Source: Bacteroidota bacterium (GTDB taxonomy: Bacteria; Bacteroidota; Bacteroidia; Bacteroidales; GCA-2748055). From it: a stretch of 64,000 bases of DNA. Of this stretch, positions 1-9,259 are shown in pieces. Position numbers and translations under genes: made by a program. The stretch lies in assembly GCA_002748055.1 (NCBI GenBank), contig PDRI01000096.1, forward strand, positions 13,432 through 77,431. The letters run 5' to 3'. The notes beneath the pieces were generated by a model, which did no database searches, was not told the origin of the DNA, and saw nothing but the letters and a program-made list of their open reading frames with translations. The number at the start of each line of letters is the position of its first letter. The stretch's first letter is position 1.

Positions 1-1
1 T

Positions 2-637
2 AATCCGGGTATGAATCACATCCACCCAGGGCTCTTCGACCGCTTCCTTCATGGCTTCAAGAGAATGTACAGAAACCCCGTGAGCCCGGATCTTACCCTT
101 TGCTTTCAGCTCTTCGAGAATGTCCATCTGCCGCCTCATGGCAGAGGTCCATCCCTTCTCAACCATACAATGAATCTGCACAAGATCGATGTAGTCGGTT
201 TCCAACTCCCTGAGAAAGCGTTCAAGCACGACATTGGCATCGGGGCGTTCCGGTTCCGGAATCCCCCCGGAACTAAACCAGATCTTCGATACCAGGGTGA
301 GTTCGTCCCGTTCCATCCCCTTCATGGCCTTCGCCAGAAGGGGGTGGGTACCATAGCTGTCTGCCGCATCGAACTGCCTCAGCCCCCGATCATAAGCATA
401 GCTCAACAGGGCTATGCTCTGCTGATGATCCTGGCGTGTCAGCGCAGAAGACCGCCCACTCGCATGACAGCCTGTTCCCATTCCAAGGAGGGTCGTCTTC
501 AGACCAGAATTTCCCAATCGCACCCTTTGCAGGGGATCGACCGAGGAAAAACGGGGTGAGGAGCCATAGAGGGGGTTTTCAAAAAGGAGATGGGCCGAAC
601 CAAGTCCAAGCGCAGCCAAAAAGGCCCGGCGATTCAT
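2..637 (-). CDS. aldo/keto reductase with twin-arginine signal; 3' end cut by window edge
   Basis: Manual minus-strand translation from ATG at 637-635 gives MNRRAFLAALGLGSAHL (Tat-like RRxFL), then GNSGLKTTLLGMGTG, FDAADSYG and DYIDLVQIH, motifs typical of the AKR superfamily. The frame stays open to the window edge, so it is absent from the ORF track. The listed + ORF 11..559 is its antisense shadow. Confidence 0.7.
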   Translation of the reverse strand, partial: MNRRAFLAALGLGSAHLLFENPLYGSSPRFSSVDPLQRVRLGNSGLKTTLLGMGTGCHASGRSSALTRQDHQQSIALLSYAYDRGLRQFDAADSYGTHPLLAKAMKGMERDELTLVSKIWFSSGGIPEPERPDANVVLERFLRELETDYIDLVQIHCMVEKGWTSAMRRQMDILEELKAKGKIRAHGVSVHSLEAMKEAVEEPWVDVIHTRI

Positions 638-709
638 GTCAAACGATCCCATATTCAGCTATTGTATAAAAATCAGACGTTTAGATCTGCATATTGCAAG
701 CAGACTCAG

Positions 710-2149
710 CTACTCACCGGGCAGCCACATATCATCGGGCTCCAATCCGGCATAGCCGATCATCTCAATGGCATAGTCCATTCTGCCCAAATCATCTGCA
801 GCGCCATTGTTGGTTCCAAAGCTAAACTTCACCCCTGCTTCTTTAGCTCGCTTAATAAAAGCGGGGCCGGGCAGAAGGAACCGGTTGTTAATCTCCATGG
901 CTACATCATTGGCAAGCACAGCAGCAATGACACGGTCCATCCTTTCTTCGGTCCAAAGTTCCTCGTAGCGGTCCTCCAGTTCCGGAGGTAAGAAAGTGGG
1001 ATTCACATAAATATCAACAGGCTCCTGCAATACAGCCTCAATGGCTGCAACCAGCTGCTCCATGAAATCTTCCGGATCGCCAACCTCGGTCTCTTCCGGA
1101 ATCCACAAACGCTGACGGGTTCCGTTTCGGTTGGTCCAGGTCAGGGCATCGGTAAAGACATAGTCGAAACGGGCTACATTCTCCTCACTAAAGAGCTCAA
1201 GCCATTCCCGGCCTTCGGCCTGCATGGCGTGCCAGGCCAGGGGAGAGGGATCAACCTCGGCCAGATAGGCCTCCAGTTCAGCATCCGATTCGAAACCCAT
1301 CTTCAGGCCGGCATTCACAGCAATGCCATAAGTATACCCATATTTACGGGCATTCGCCAGTGCTTCTTCTTCCTTTAATCCACCCTTCAGGTGGGTATGC
1401 AAATCGACCAGGGGAAAGTTAGCAGCCGACAGGGTAAGGAGCTGTTTCTCGAAATCCAGGTCGGAGGGAGCTGTCCCCGGCGAGGCCAGGTCATCGGGCA
1501 GGACTTTTACTTTAATATCCCTGAAACGGACCTCAGAGGAAGGATCGTGGCACTGCAGGGCAAAGGTACCCTCTCCCAGCAACCTGCCTTCAAAGCCCCC
1601 GGGCCTCCAGGCTTCTTCCGGTTCGGTATAGTCAGCTGCCAAAATGCCATTAATGTAGGTTCTGATGGTCTTGCCTTCGACCCGAATACGAAAATTGAAC
1701 CATGTATTGTCGGGCACCACCTGTTTCCAGACATTCCGAATCGCATAAAGGCTGCCCGTCATTTTGTGCTCGACATAGGCCCCTTCCTGTGCAGGTAACA
1801 TGGTATTAAGAATCTGGCATTCATACCCTTTAGCGGGCCAACCATCCTGTTGGAAAGCGGTATGCACATACACGCCCGAATTTGAACCCTTCGTGGTCAG
1901 TACCTCCAGACTCAGTTCAAAATTCCTGAACCGGTGTCCGTTCACCTTCCCGTCATAGAAAAGATGAGAACGCGGTCCGGCCGTCACAATAGCCCCGTCT
2001 TCCACCTTCCAGGAGGCCTCATTTTCGCTGGCTTTCCATCCCTCTAGGCTATGCCCATCGAAAAGGGAAATCCATTCATCGCTACGGTCATCGCAAGCGG
2101 TACAGAGCAACAGGCTGACAATGGTTAAACTAAAAATGCTGCTTTTCAT
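710..2149 (-). CDS. lipoprotein: DUF1080 (3-keto-disaccharide hydrolase-like) domain fused to a PHP/amidohydrolase-like domain
   Basis: Start moved to internal ATG (2149): MKSSIFSLTIVSLLLCTAC is a signal peptide with lipobox. The N-terminal half has WKASENEASWKVEDGAIV...FELSLEV...NSGVYVH...GYECQILN, typical of DUF1080. The C-terminal half starts with DLHTHLKGG (metal-dependent phosphoesterase/amidohydrolase style). Confidence 0.65.
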   Translation of the reverse strand: MKSSIFSLTIVSLLLCTACDDRSDEWISLFDGHSLEGWKASENEASWKVEDGAIVTAGPRSHLFYDGKVNGHRFRNFELSLEVLTTKGSNSGVYVHTAFQQDGWPAKGYECQILNTMLPAQEGAYVEHKMTGSLYAIRNVWKQVVPDNTWFNFRIRVEGKTIRTYINGILAADYTEPEEAWRPGGFEGRLLGEGTFALQCHDPSSEVRFRDIKVKVLPDDLASPGTAPSDLDFEKQLLTLSAANFPLVDLHTHLKGGLKEEEALANARKYGYTYGIAVNAGLKMGFESDAELEAYLAEVDPSPLAWHAMQAEGREWLELFSEENVARFDYVFTDALTWTNRNGTRQRLWIPEETEVGDPEDFMEQLVAAIEAVLQEPVDIYVNPTFLPPELEDRYEELWTEERMDRVIAAVLANDVAMEINNRFLLPGPAFIKRAKEAGVKFSFGTNNGAADDLGRMDYAIEMIGYAGLEPDDMWLPGE

Positions 2150-2294
2150 AGACTCAATCTTCGTAAAAACTGTTTTGCAGTCTAAATTACATAAAAGCAT
2201 GGAGAATGCGTTAAAGCTCCGTTAATGGACTCCGTTTTCATGGATCACTCACCTGAATTTTCATAACTTGCGTCGGCATACAAAATTCAGAAAA

Positions 2295-3821
2295 ATGAAA
2301 TTAACCAGACGCAGTTTCATTCAGACAGGCGGTGCAGCCATGGCAGGAACCATGGTACTTCCACCGCTGCTGTCTTCTTGCAAGAACCTTCAACTCTCAG
2401 CAGACGTGAAAAACTATCTTGACCATTTTGAAGTCACTCCCGAGATGCTGCAAAAAGTTCTCGCCCGCGCAATGTCGAAGGGTGCAGACTATGCCGATCT
2501 CTTTTTCGAACATAAAATCTCCAATACCCTTGCCCTGGAAGACGGAAAGGTGAACAGGGCTTATTCCAATGTGGACTATGGCATGGGGATCAGGGTCCTG
2601 AAAGGCGACCAGACAGGCTTTGCCTATACCGAAACTACCCACGAAGCGGATATGCTCAAGGTGGCCACCACGGCGGCCAATATTGCCAATGACCCGGTTA
2701 CCTTCAAACAGGACGACCTCCTGGAAAAGGTGCCACCCAACTACTACAAGATCGATCGCAAATGGGAAGATGCTTCGGTAGAAGACAAAATCCCCTTTGT
2801 ACAGCGAATCAATGACCGGGTTTTTGAACTCGACGAGAAGGTCACCAAAGTGAGTGCTTCACTCTCAGATGAAAGCTCTTACGTAATGTTTTACAACTCC
2901 GATGGCCGTATAAGTTATGACTACCGCCCAATGGCCAATTTCCGGGTACGCTGCGTCATGGAAAAAAACGGACAGATCGAAAATGCCGGAAGCTCTCGTT
3001 CCTTCCGTAAAGGCTTTGAATGGTTGGGCGACGATATTATCGAAGAGATTGCCAACGAGGCGGTCGAACGCACCAACATCCTCTTTGGGGCCATCAAGCC
3101 GGTAGCCGGAGAAATGCCCGTTGTGCTGGGTGCAGGTGGATCCGGCATTCTGCTGCACGAGGCCATGGGTCACGCCTTCGAAGCCGACTTTAACCGCAAA
3201 GGCACCTCCATCTTCAGCGAAAAGATGGGCAAGTCCGTAGCAAAGAATTTCATTAACATTGCCGAAGACGGGACCATCGAGAACAACCGTGGTTCGATCA
3301 ACATCGACGATGAAGGCAACGATGTGAAAAAAACCTATCTGGTAAAAGACGGTATTCTGGAAAACTACATTCACGACCGCATCAGTGCAAAATTCTATGG
3401 TGTAGAAGCCTCCGGAAACGGGCGTCGCGAATCCTTCCGCCATGCACCCATGCCCCGCATGCGCATCACCTATATGGATCCCGGGCCACATTCCAAAGAC
3501 GACATTGTCTCCGCGGTGGATTACGGGGTATATGTCGATAATTTCAGCAATGGCCAGGTGAACATTGGTGCGGGCGATTTTACCTTCTTCGTGAAATCGG
3601 GTTATCTGATCGAAAATGGCAAACTGACCCAGCCCATCAAGGACATCAACATCATCGGGAACGGCCCCCAGGCCCTGGCCGACATTACCATGGCTGCCGG
3701 TGACTACAAAACCGACAATGGAACCTGGATGTGCGGGAAAAACGGACAGTCGGTACCAGTTACCATGGGACTGCCCACGGTACTGGTAAGCAAACTGACG
3801 GTAGGTGGAACAAATGCCTGA
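2295..3821 (+). CDS. tldD: TldD-family (peptidase U62) metalloprotease with Tat signal and possible lipobox
   Basis: ATG at 2295 gives MKLTRRSFIQTGGAAMAG...LLSSC. HEAMGHAFEADF (HExxxH) and overall TldD-like sequence. The track start at 2268 is a TTG. Confidence 0.85.
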   Translation: MKLTRRSFIQTGGAAMAGTMVLPPLLSSCKNLQLSADVKNYLDHFEVTPEMLQKVLARAMSKGADYADLFFEHKISNTLALEDGKVNRAYSNVDYGMGIRVLKGDQTGFAYTETTHEADMLKVATTAANIANDPVTFKQDDLLEKVPPNYYKIDRKWEDASVEDKIPFVQRINDRVFELDEKVTKVSASLSDESSYVMFYNSDGRISYDYRPMANFRVRCVMEKNGQIENAGSSRSFRKGFEWLGDDIIEEIANEAVERTNILFGAIKPVAGEMPVVLGAGGSGILLHEAMGHAFEADFNRKGTSIFSEKMGKSVAKNFINIAEDGTIENNRGSINIDDEGNDVKKTYLVKDGILENYIHDRISAKFYGVEASGNGRRESFRHAPMPRMRITYMDPGPHSKDDIVSAVDYGVYVDNFSNGQVNIGAGDFTFFVKSGYLIENGKLTQPIKDINIIGNGPQALADITMAAGDYKTDNGTWMCGKNGQSVPVTMGLPTVLVSKLTVGGTNA

Positions 3822-3837
3822 TTAAAAACATTGCATC

Positions 3838-5157
3838 ATGACGAAAGAAGAAAAATACAGCATCGCGAAATGGGCCATGGAGCACGCGCTTAAGCATGGC
3901 GCTCAGGAGGCCAGCGTATCTATTTACAACAACAACAGTTCCCGCATTGAGGTCAGGGAGGAAAAAATCGACAAGCTGGAAGAAGCCAATCGCAACAATA
4001 TGCGCATTGCCCTCTACGTAGACAATAAGTACTCCAGCATCTCCACGAGCCGCATCAACAATAAGGACGAACTCGGCCGCTTTATCGAAGAAGCCATCGC
4101 CGGTACCCGCTACCTGTCGGAAGATGAGTTCCGCAGCCTGCCCGATCCTTCGCTCTACTACAAAGGCGACGGACCCGACCTGAAGACTGTCGACGAAGGC
4201 TTCAGCTCGGTCGATCCGGCTCAGAAGATCGAACATGCCTTTAACACCGAAAAAGAGGTCCTCGGCAGCGATGATCGCATCGTCTCGGTCTCCAGCACCT
4301 ACAGCGATGGACAAAGTGGGAATGTGATGGTCAGCAGCAACGGTTTTGAGGGCGATACCGAAAACACCTATTTTTCAATGGTGGCCTCCGTATCGGTAAA
4401 AAGCGACGACGCCCGGCCTCAGTCCTACTGGTACGAATCCTCGATTTTCCATAAGGACCTGCCCTCAAAGGGGATCGGGAAGATGGCACTGAAAAGGGCC
4501 CTCGACAAACTGGGACAGGCTAAGATCGAGTCGGGACGCATGCCGATGATTGTGGAAAACCGGCAAGCGGGCCGCACCCTCAGTCCACTTATTTCGGCGC
4601 TGAACGGATACAGCATTCAACAAAAGAACTCCTTCCTGATTGATATGGAGGGTGAGAAAATTGGGTCCGATCTACTCGATTTGGTGGACGATCCCTTTAT
4701 TATTTCCGGACGCGGTTCCAGGCATTTCGACCGCGAGGGACTGGCCATGCAAAAGCGTTCCATCATTGAGAGGGGCGTACTGAAATCCTATTACATCGAC
4801 ACCTATTATGGCAAGAAGCTCGGCATGGCTCCTACCTCGGGCAGTACCTCCAATCTGGTCTTTAAACCGGGAAGCAAGAGCCTTGATGAACTCATCGCCG
4901 ATCAGAGCCGTGCCATTTTGGTTACCGGCTTCAATGGTGGCAACTCGAATGGGGTAACCGGCGACTTCTCCTACGGGATTGAAGGCTTTCTGGTGGAGAA
5001 CGGAAAACTAACCAGGCCGGTGTCAGAAATGAACATCACCGGCAACTACCGCCAGGTATGGAAAGACCTGATCGCTGTAGGCAATGACGTCTACACGGGG
5101 TCGTCCTGGATGATGCCCAGCATGGTCTTTGCTAACATCGACTTCAGCGGCATCTGA
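3838..5157 (+). CDS. pmbA: PmbA/TldE-family (peptidase U62) protein, no signal peptide
   Basis: 439 aa, 17 nt after tldD. C-terminal GDFSYGIEGFLVENGKL motif matches the PmbA/TldD fold. The N-terminus MTKEEKYSIAKWAMEH is not signal-like. Confidence 0.8.
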   Translation: MTKEEKYSIAKWAMEHALKHGAQEASVSIYNNNSSRIEVREEKIDKLEEANRNNMRIALYVDNKYSSISTSRINNKDELGRFIEEAIAGTRYLSEDEFRSLPDPSLYYKGDGPDLKTVDEGFSSVDPAQKIEHAFNTEKEVLGSDDRIVSVSSTYSDGQSGNVMVSSNGFEGDTENTYFSMVASVSVKSDDARPQSYWYESSIFHKDLPSKGIGKMALKRALDKLGQAKIESGRMPMIVENRQAGRTLSPLISALNGYSIQQKNSFLIDMEGEKIGSDLLDLVDDPFIISGRGSRHFDREGLAMQKRSIIERGVLKSYYIDTYYGKKLGMAPTSGSTSNLVFKPGSKSLDELIADQSRAILVTGFNGGNSNGVTGDFSYGIEGFLVENGKLTRPVSEMNITGNYRQVWKDLIAVGNDVYTGSSWMMPSMVFANIDFSGI

Positions 5158-5191
5158 TGGCCGCCTGAACCCGGCGTGCCCGGATACACAC

Positions 5192-5230
5192 ATCCCGCCG
5201 ACGGCAGTCAATCCCCGGCGGGATTCTTTT
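5192..5230. terminator. hairpin between convergent pmbA and GH29 genes, likely bidirectional terminator
   Basis: ATCCCGCCG (5192-5200) pairs with CGGCGGGAT (5216-5224), followed by TCTTTT. Confidence 0.55.
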
Positions 5231-5243
5231 GTGAGCACAGCCC

Positions 5244-6626
5244 TCAGGGCTCCCGCTCCGAAGACCTGTAAAGAGAAATAGTGATGCCCTGGGGTTCAGC
5301 AAGGGCATCCTCAATCACCAGGCGCAGCGACCGGCAGCTATACAGGTCGGTGCGCAAGAGACGCTTGTAGCCGATGGTGGTTCCGGATGTGATTGTCTTC
5401 CAGTCGCCTTCGGAAGGAAGTTCGATTCGAAAGCGGCTCACTCGCTGACCCTTGCTGATATCTTCCCGAATCTCGATGCGGTCGAAGGCAGACTCGCCTG
5501 GGAGGATAAGATCATAAATCCAATGACAGTCCTCCGTCCTGGACTCTTCCAATTCGGCACCGGCCGCCAGGTCCTTTGCAAAGGTCTCGTCCAGGATACT
5601 CCGGAAGGTGGCCAGATGTGCCACATCGGTTTCGTGAATAAGGCCCCGTCGGTCGGGAGGAAGGTTGAGCAAAAGGACAGCGTTTCGGCCAACCGACTTA
5701 TAGTAGATGTCGATCAGCTCTTCCGGCGTTTTCACCAGGCTGTCTTCATCGGCATGATAGAACCAGCCAGGGCGAATCGACACGTCGCATTGCCCGATTA
5801 TCCAGCAGTTGCCCCAGGGCTCGCCGGTATTCAGGTATTCCGGATCCGAAGCTCCGATAAACAGTTGGCTACTGTCTATGGTCGACCAGAAGGTTTCACC
5901 GGCAAAGCCGTGCTCGTTGCCAACCCAGCGCAGATCGGGGCCCGCATCAGAAAAGATCTTGATCCCGGGTTGTAAGTCCTTTACCAGCGCCACCGTATGC
6001 GGCCAATCGTAGTAGGACTTCTTGTCGACCTCCCTGGTTTCATTGGCTCCGCCATAGTAACCGTCACCACCATTTGCGCCATCGAACCATATCTCGTTTA
6101 TTTCGCCATAGCGGGTAAGCAATTCGCGTAGCTGATTCCGGAAATAATCGATGTAAGCCGGGCTCCCATAGTCTGCATGATTCCGGTCCCAGGGCGAAAG
6201 GTAAAGCCCTACCTTGAGCCCATGCTTCCGGCAGGCCGCGACAAACTCCCCGACAATATCACCCTTCCCATCCTTGTAGGGGCTGTTCTTAATGCAATGC
6301 TCGGTGTACTCACTCGGCCACAAACAGAAACCGTCATGATGTTTTGCCGTCAGAATCAATTCTTTCAGTCCGCCTGCCTTGGCAGCCAGGACCCACTGCT
6401 CTGCATCCAATTCGGTCGGATTAAAAATGGCGGGGTCCTCGTCCCCATATCCCCATTCCTTATTGGTAAAGGTATTCACCGTGAAATGAATAAAGCCAAC
6501 CTGCTCCAATTGCTGGTAGGCAAGCTGTCTGGAGCTGGGCTTTACCAAGCCGGGACTATATGTCTTGCAGGCAGGCAGGGAGAGGACTAAAACAACGACC
6601 AGAAAAAATGAAATTTTATTTCGCAT
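5244..6626 (-). CDS. alpha-L-fucosidase, GH29 (subfamily-B-like) with C-terminal F5/8-type-C-like domain
   Basis: Signal peptide with lipobox (LSLPAC). GFIHFTVNTF...WGYG, AKHHDGFCLWPS and EIWFDGANG are typical of GH29. Confidence 0.85.
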   Translation of the reverse strand: MRNKISFFLVVVLVLSLPACKTYSPGLVKPSSRQLAYQQLEQVGFIHFTVNTFTNKEWGYGDEDPAIFNPTELDAEQWVLAAKAGGLKELILTAKHHDGFCLWPSEYTEHCIKNSPYKDGKGDIVGEFVAACRKHGLKVGLYLSPWDRNHADYGSPAYIDYFRNQLRELLTRYGEINEIWFDGANGGDGYYGGANETREVDKKSYYDWPHTVALVKDLQPGIKIFSDAGPDLRWVGNEHGFAGETFWSTIDSSQLFIGASDPEYLNTGEPWGNCWIIGQCDVSIRPGWFYHADEDSLVKTPEELIDIYYKSVGRNAVLLLNLPPDRRGLIHETDVAHLATFRSILDETFAKDLAAGAELEESRTEDCHWIYDLILPGESAFDRIEIREDISKGQRVSRFRIELPSEGDWKTITSGTTIGYKRLLRTDLYSCRSLRLVIEDALAEPQGITISLYRSSEREP

Positions 6627-6661
6627 CTAATTAATATTTAGGCAGTTATTCACAAACAAAG

Positions 6662-7345
6662 CTAATTTCTCAGAAACTCAACGGTGACCCCTGCACTGTC
6701 GGCCTTCGAATCCAGATGCTGGTCGCGGACCTCTACTCCCAGATTAAAAACGCTAAAGGCAGAGGCATGCAGGGCAGCCGTATCGACCATGGTTAAAACC
6801 CCTCCTGCCTGGCTAAGGCCAAAAATACCCTCTTCGTTTCCATTGTAAATACGAAACAGCAATGCCTGCTGAGGCTCAGGGTCATAAGCCTCGAGTAAAG
6901 CAATCGTATCGCCCGGAGCTGCCATTGGACCGAAGGAAAATTGCTGGTCGGGACAGACCGGCGGAAACTCGTTCAGATCGCGCAATTGAATGGAAACAGT
7001 AACAACCGTTTCCATGGGATCATTCGGATGATCATCGGTGGCAGTCACCTCCAGACTCAGCTCCGGATGCGCTTCGTAGTCGAGCTCCCGCGGATCAGCA
7101 ACAGACAGGTGTCCGCTGCGTGCATCCAAATCGAAGGTGCCCGCTCCATTTCCCCCTGTAATGCGAAGGCTGAAACTTTGGCCCTCGTCGAGTTCATAGC
7201 CGGAAACAACCCCGACAATGGTGCCGGCTGGGCTGTTCTCATCAAGCCTAAAGGTCTGGTCCTCGACAAAAGGCGGGTTCGTATTCTCCTCCGTGCAGGA
7301 TCCCAATAACACTGCCATGGCAAGGACAATGATGATCTGCTTCAT
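6662..7345 (-). CDS. cadherin-repeat lipoprotein
   Basis: MKQIIIVLAMAVLLGSC lipobox followed by acidic TEEN. Two repeats of the LDENSPAGTIVG...DYE...L.V.A.D type. Confidence 0.6.
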   Translation of the reverse strand: MKQIIIVLAMAVLLGSCTEENTNPPFVEDQTFRLDENSPAGTIVGVVSGYELDEGQSFSLRITGGNGAGTFDLDARSGHLSVADPRELDYEAHPELSLEVTATDDHPNDPMETVVTVSIQLRDLNEFPPVCPDQQFSFGPMAAPGDTIALLEAYDPEPQQALLFRIYNGNEEGIFGLSQAGGVLTMVDTAALHASAFSVFNLGVEVRDQHLDSKADSAGVTVEFLRN

Positions 7346-7359
7346 CCCTTCGCTTCCTT

Positions 7360-8109
7360 TCAGATACGGGGTTGCGCCTTCAGATGGGCAATGGCCTTTT
7401 TAGCTGCCGGTGCAATCCGCAGCGCAAATTGCCTGGGCCAGGGATTCCGGGCCGAGCGATCCATCATTTCACCGGGTGCCGGCAGACAGATGAAGTTGCT
7501 GTTCTTCCAGATAATCGTTTTCTCAACAATCTCCCCGGTAATAAAGCTTTGGGCCTCTTCCAGGCTTACCAGGAGCATGTTGGCAATGACCTCTGCCCCC
7601 ATCAAAACAATTGCAAGGGGATTGGCAATCTCAATTTCGTCACGAATCCACTTCATGCTGTTGTTGGCATATTCCATAAAATGAGAACGCTGTTCCTGAA
7701 TTTCTACCCCGAGGCGATGATATTTCTTCACCTGCAACTCGTCGAATAAGTGCACCTTTACCATGGAGGTGAGCCAGCATTCGTCCCGCTCAATTCCCAG
7801 GGCTTCCAGAATGACCTCGTCGAGCTCCTGCCCGACCAGGGAACTGCGTACCTGCGATCCATCGTAATAGGCTTCTGTAGAAAAAGGAGCATTTGAATTG
7901 CCTACCGGAACATCCGGAATATCGTCTATGGTGTTCATTCGCACACCGGGCAGGGGTGCAATAATCATGATTTTTCCAACCGCTGTTTCAATCGGAATAA
8001 CCGGAGACACAGGATTGCCATACACGTATTTTAGTTCGGAGGGGAATTGTATGCTCTGACAGTAGTCTGTAAAACACTGCTTCTGGAACTGGTGAATCGT
8101 CATGAACAA
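7360..8109 (-). CDS. hypothetical cytoplasmic protein, possibly uracil-DNA-glycosylase-superfamily fold
   Basis: 249 aa with no signal peptide. IMIIAPLPG and ICLPAPGEMM loosely resemble UDG/MUG motifs A (GxxPG) and B (xPSxx). Weak similarity judged by eye only. Confidence 0.3.
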   Translation of the reverse strand: MFMTIHQFQKQCFTDYCQSIQFPSELKYVYGNPVSPVIPIETAVGKIMIIAPLPGVRMNTIDDIPDVPVGNSNAPFSTEAYYDGSQVRSSLVGQELDEVILEALGIERDECWLTSMVKVHLFDELQVKKYHRLGVEIQEQRSHFMEYANNSMKWIRDEIEIANPLAIVLMGAEVIANMLLVSLEEAQSFITGEIVEKTIIWKNSNFICLPAPGEMMDRSARNPWPRQFALRIAPAAKKAIAHLKAQPRI

Positions 8110-8161
8110 GACCTTTTGGGGATTGAGTTTTCAAATTACGATTTTCTTTGCAATTCTCCCC

Positions 8162-9259
8162 TCAATCGGCTACGAAACAAAAGGAAGATGGCACAATCCC
8201 GGTCCTAAGCGTATCCAGAGGCCCGGCCCGGGGACTGAGCCGATAAACCATTCCGCGCTGTATAAAGTCGATCGCATCGGCGACATAGACCTCCGAGGAA
8301 AAGGGGTCAATACCCAGGCCGTAATACCCGCCCGTCATGGAATTCCCGTATGGACTGGGCAGAAAACACTCGGGCCGGGAAGCAAGCACAGACATGCGGT
8401 ACACATCCCTGTTCAGGAAGTAAAGCGTATCGCCCCCTGCTGTGATCTGCAACTCGGAAGGATTATCGGCCTGGTCGAAACGAAGGATCTGAACAGCCGC
8501 CTTTTCACCTGAACGGATTCTGTATAGTCCAGGTGCTTCGTGTCCAAAAGGATTGCCCTCATAGCCGCCGTCACATAGTACCCATATACTCCCATAACGA
8601 TCCATAACCATGGAATTCGGCTGCAGGCCTACCCGGATCGAATCAACCAGCCGGTCCTCAACAGCATCAATTACCAGAATCTGGTTGTCAAAACTCCAGC
8701 AATTCACAAAGACATAGCGACCCTGCTGTAACATCATCTCCGTAGAATGTCGATTGAAAGCGCCTCCTTCCAGTTCCACATCAATCGATGAGAGCAAATC
8801 GAAGCTGCGCGGATTCACCACGGAAATGGCCCGGGCATAGAGATCCGAAACATAAGCCTTTTCATCGCTCAAAAAATGCATGTATCTGGGCGATGTCAGA
8901 CCGGTGATCTTGCCACGGAAAGCAAAGTTGCGATGATCGATCACCATCACTTTTCCACTGTTGTTCACAACAATATAGGCAAGGCTGTCGCGGATGAGCA
9001 TAGACTGCGCCACATCACCCAGGGGCAGGCCATTGGTCTGGTAGAAAACCTCATTTAGCAAGTCGCCGCTTCCCGGATCATAGTAACTCAAAGAGGCATT
9101 GTCGTATGTGAAATTACCCTCATGGAGGATGAAGACCCCCCCTGCGGGCCTCTTATAGTGCAGGTGTTCGTAATCCCAAAGGGCACTGTCGTCCATGCAG
9201 GAGCGGAACAGGAGCAGGGTCATCGTCCCGCCAATAATGTATAGCCATCTCAGGTTCAC
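8162..9259 (-). CDS. beta-propeller (YncE/BtuG-like) putative surface lipoprotein
   Basis: Start overlaps the stop of the upstream TonB receptor by 4 nt. N-terminus LLLFRSC followed by MDDS. Repetitive beta-strand-rich sequence (YVAD, YVSDLY, IVVNN, ILVID). Sits in a cobalamin-riboswitch operon. Confidence 0.5.
   Translation of the reverse strand: MNLRWLYIIGGTMTLLLFRSCMDDSALWDYEHLHYKRPAGGVFILHEGNFTYDNASLSYYDPGSGDLLNEVFYQTNGLPLGDVAQSMLIRDSLAYIVVNNSGKVMVIDHRNFAFRGKITGLTSPRYMHFLSDEKAYVSDLYARAISVVNPRSFDLLSSIDVELEGGAFNRHSTEMMLQQGRYVFVNCWSFDNQILVIDAVEDRLVDSIRVGLQPNSMVMDRYGSIWVLCDGGYEGNPFGHEAPGLYRIRSGEKAAVQILRFDQADNPSELQITAGGDTLYFLNRDVYRMSVLASRPECFLPSPYGNSMTGGYYGLGIDPFSSEVYVADAIDFIQRGMVYRLSPRAGPLDTLRTGIVPSSFCFVAD

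Noticed and set aside
11-559. 182-aa plus-strand ORF at the window start
   Set aside because: The opposite strand encodes a clearly recognisable Tat-signal aldo/keto reductase across the same bases. The plus ORF is an antisense shadow.
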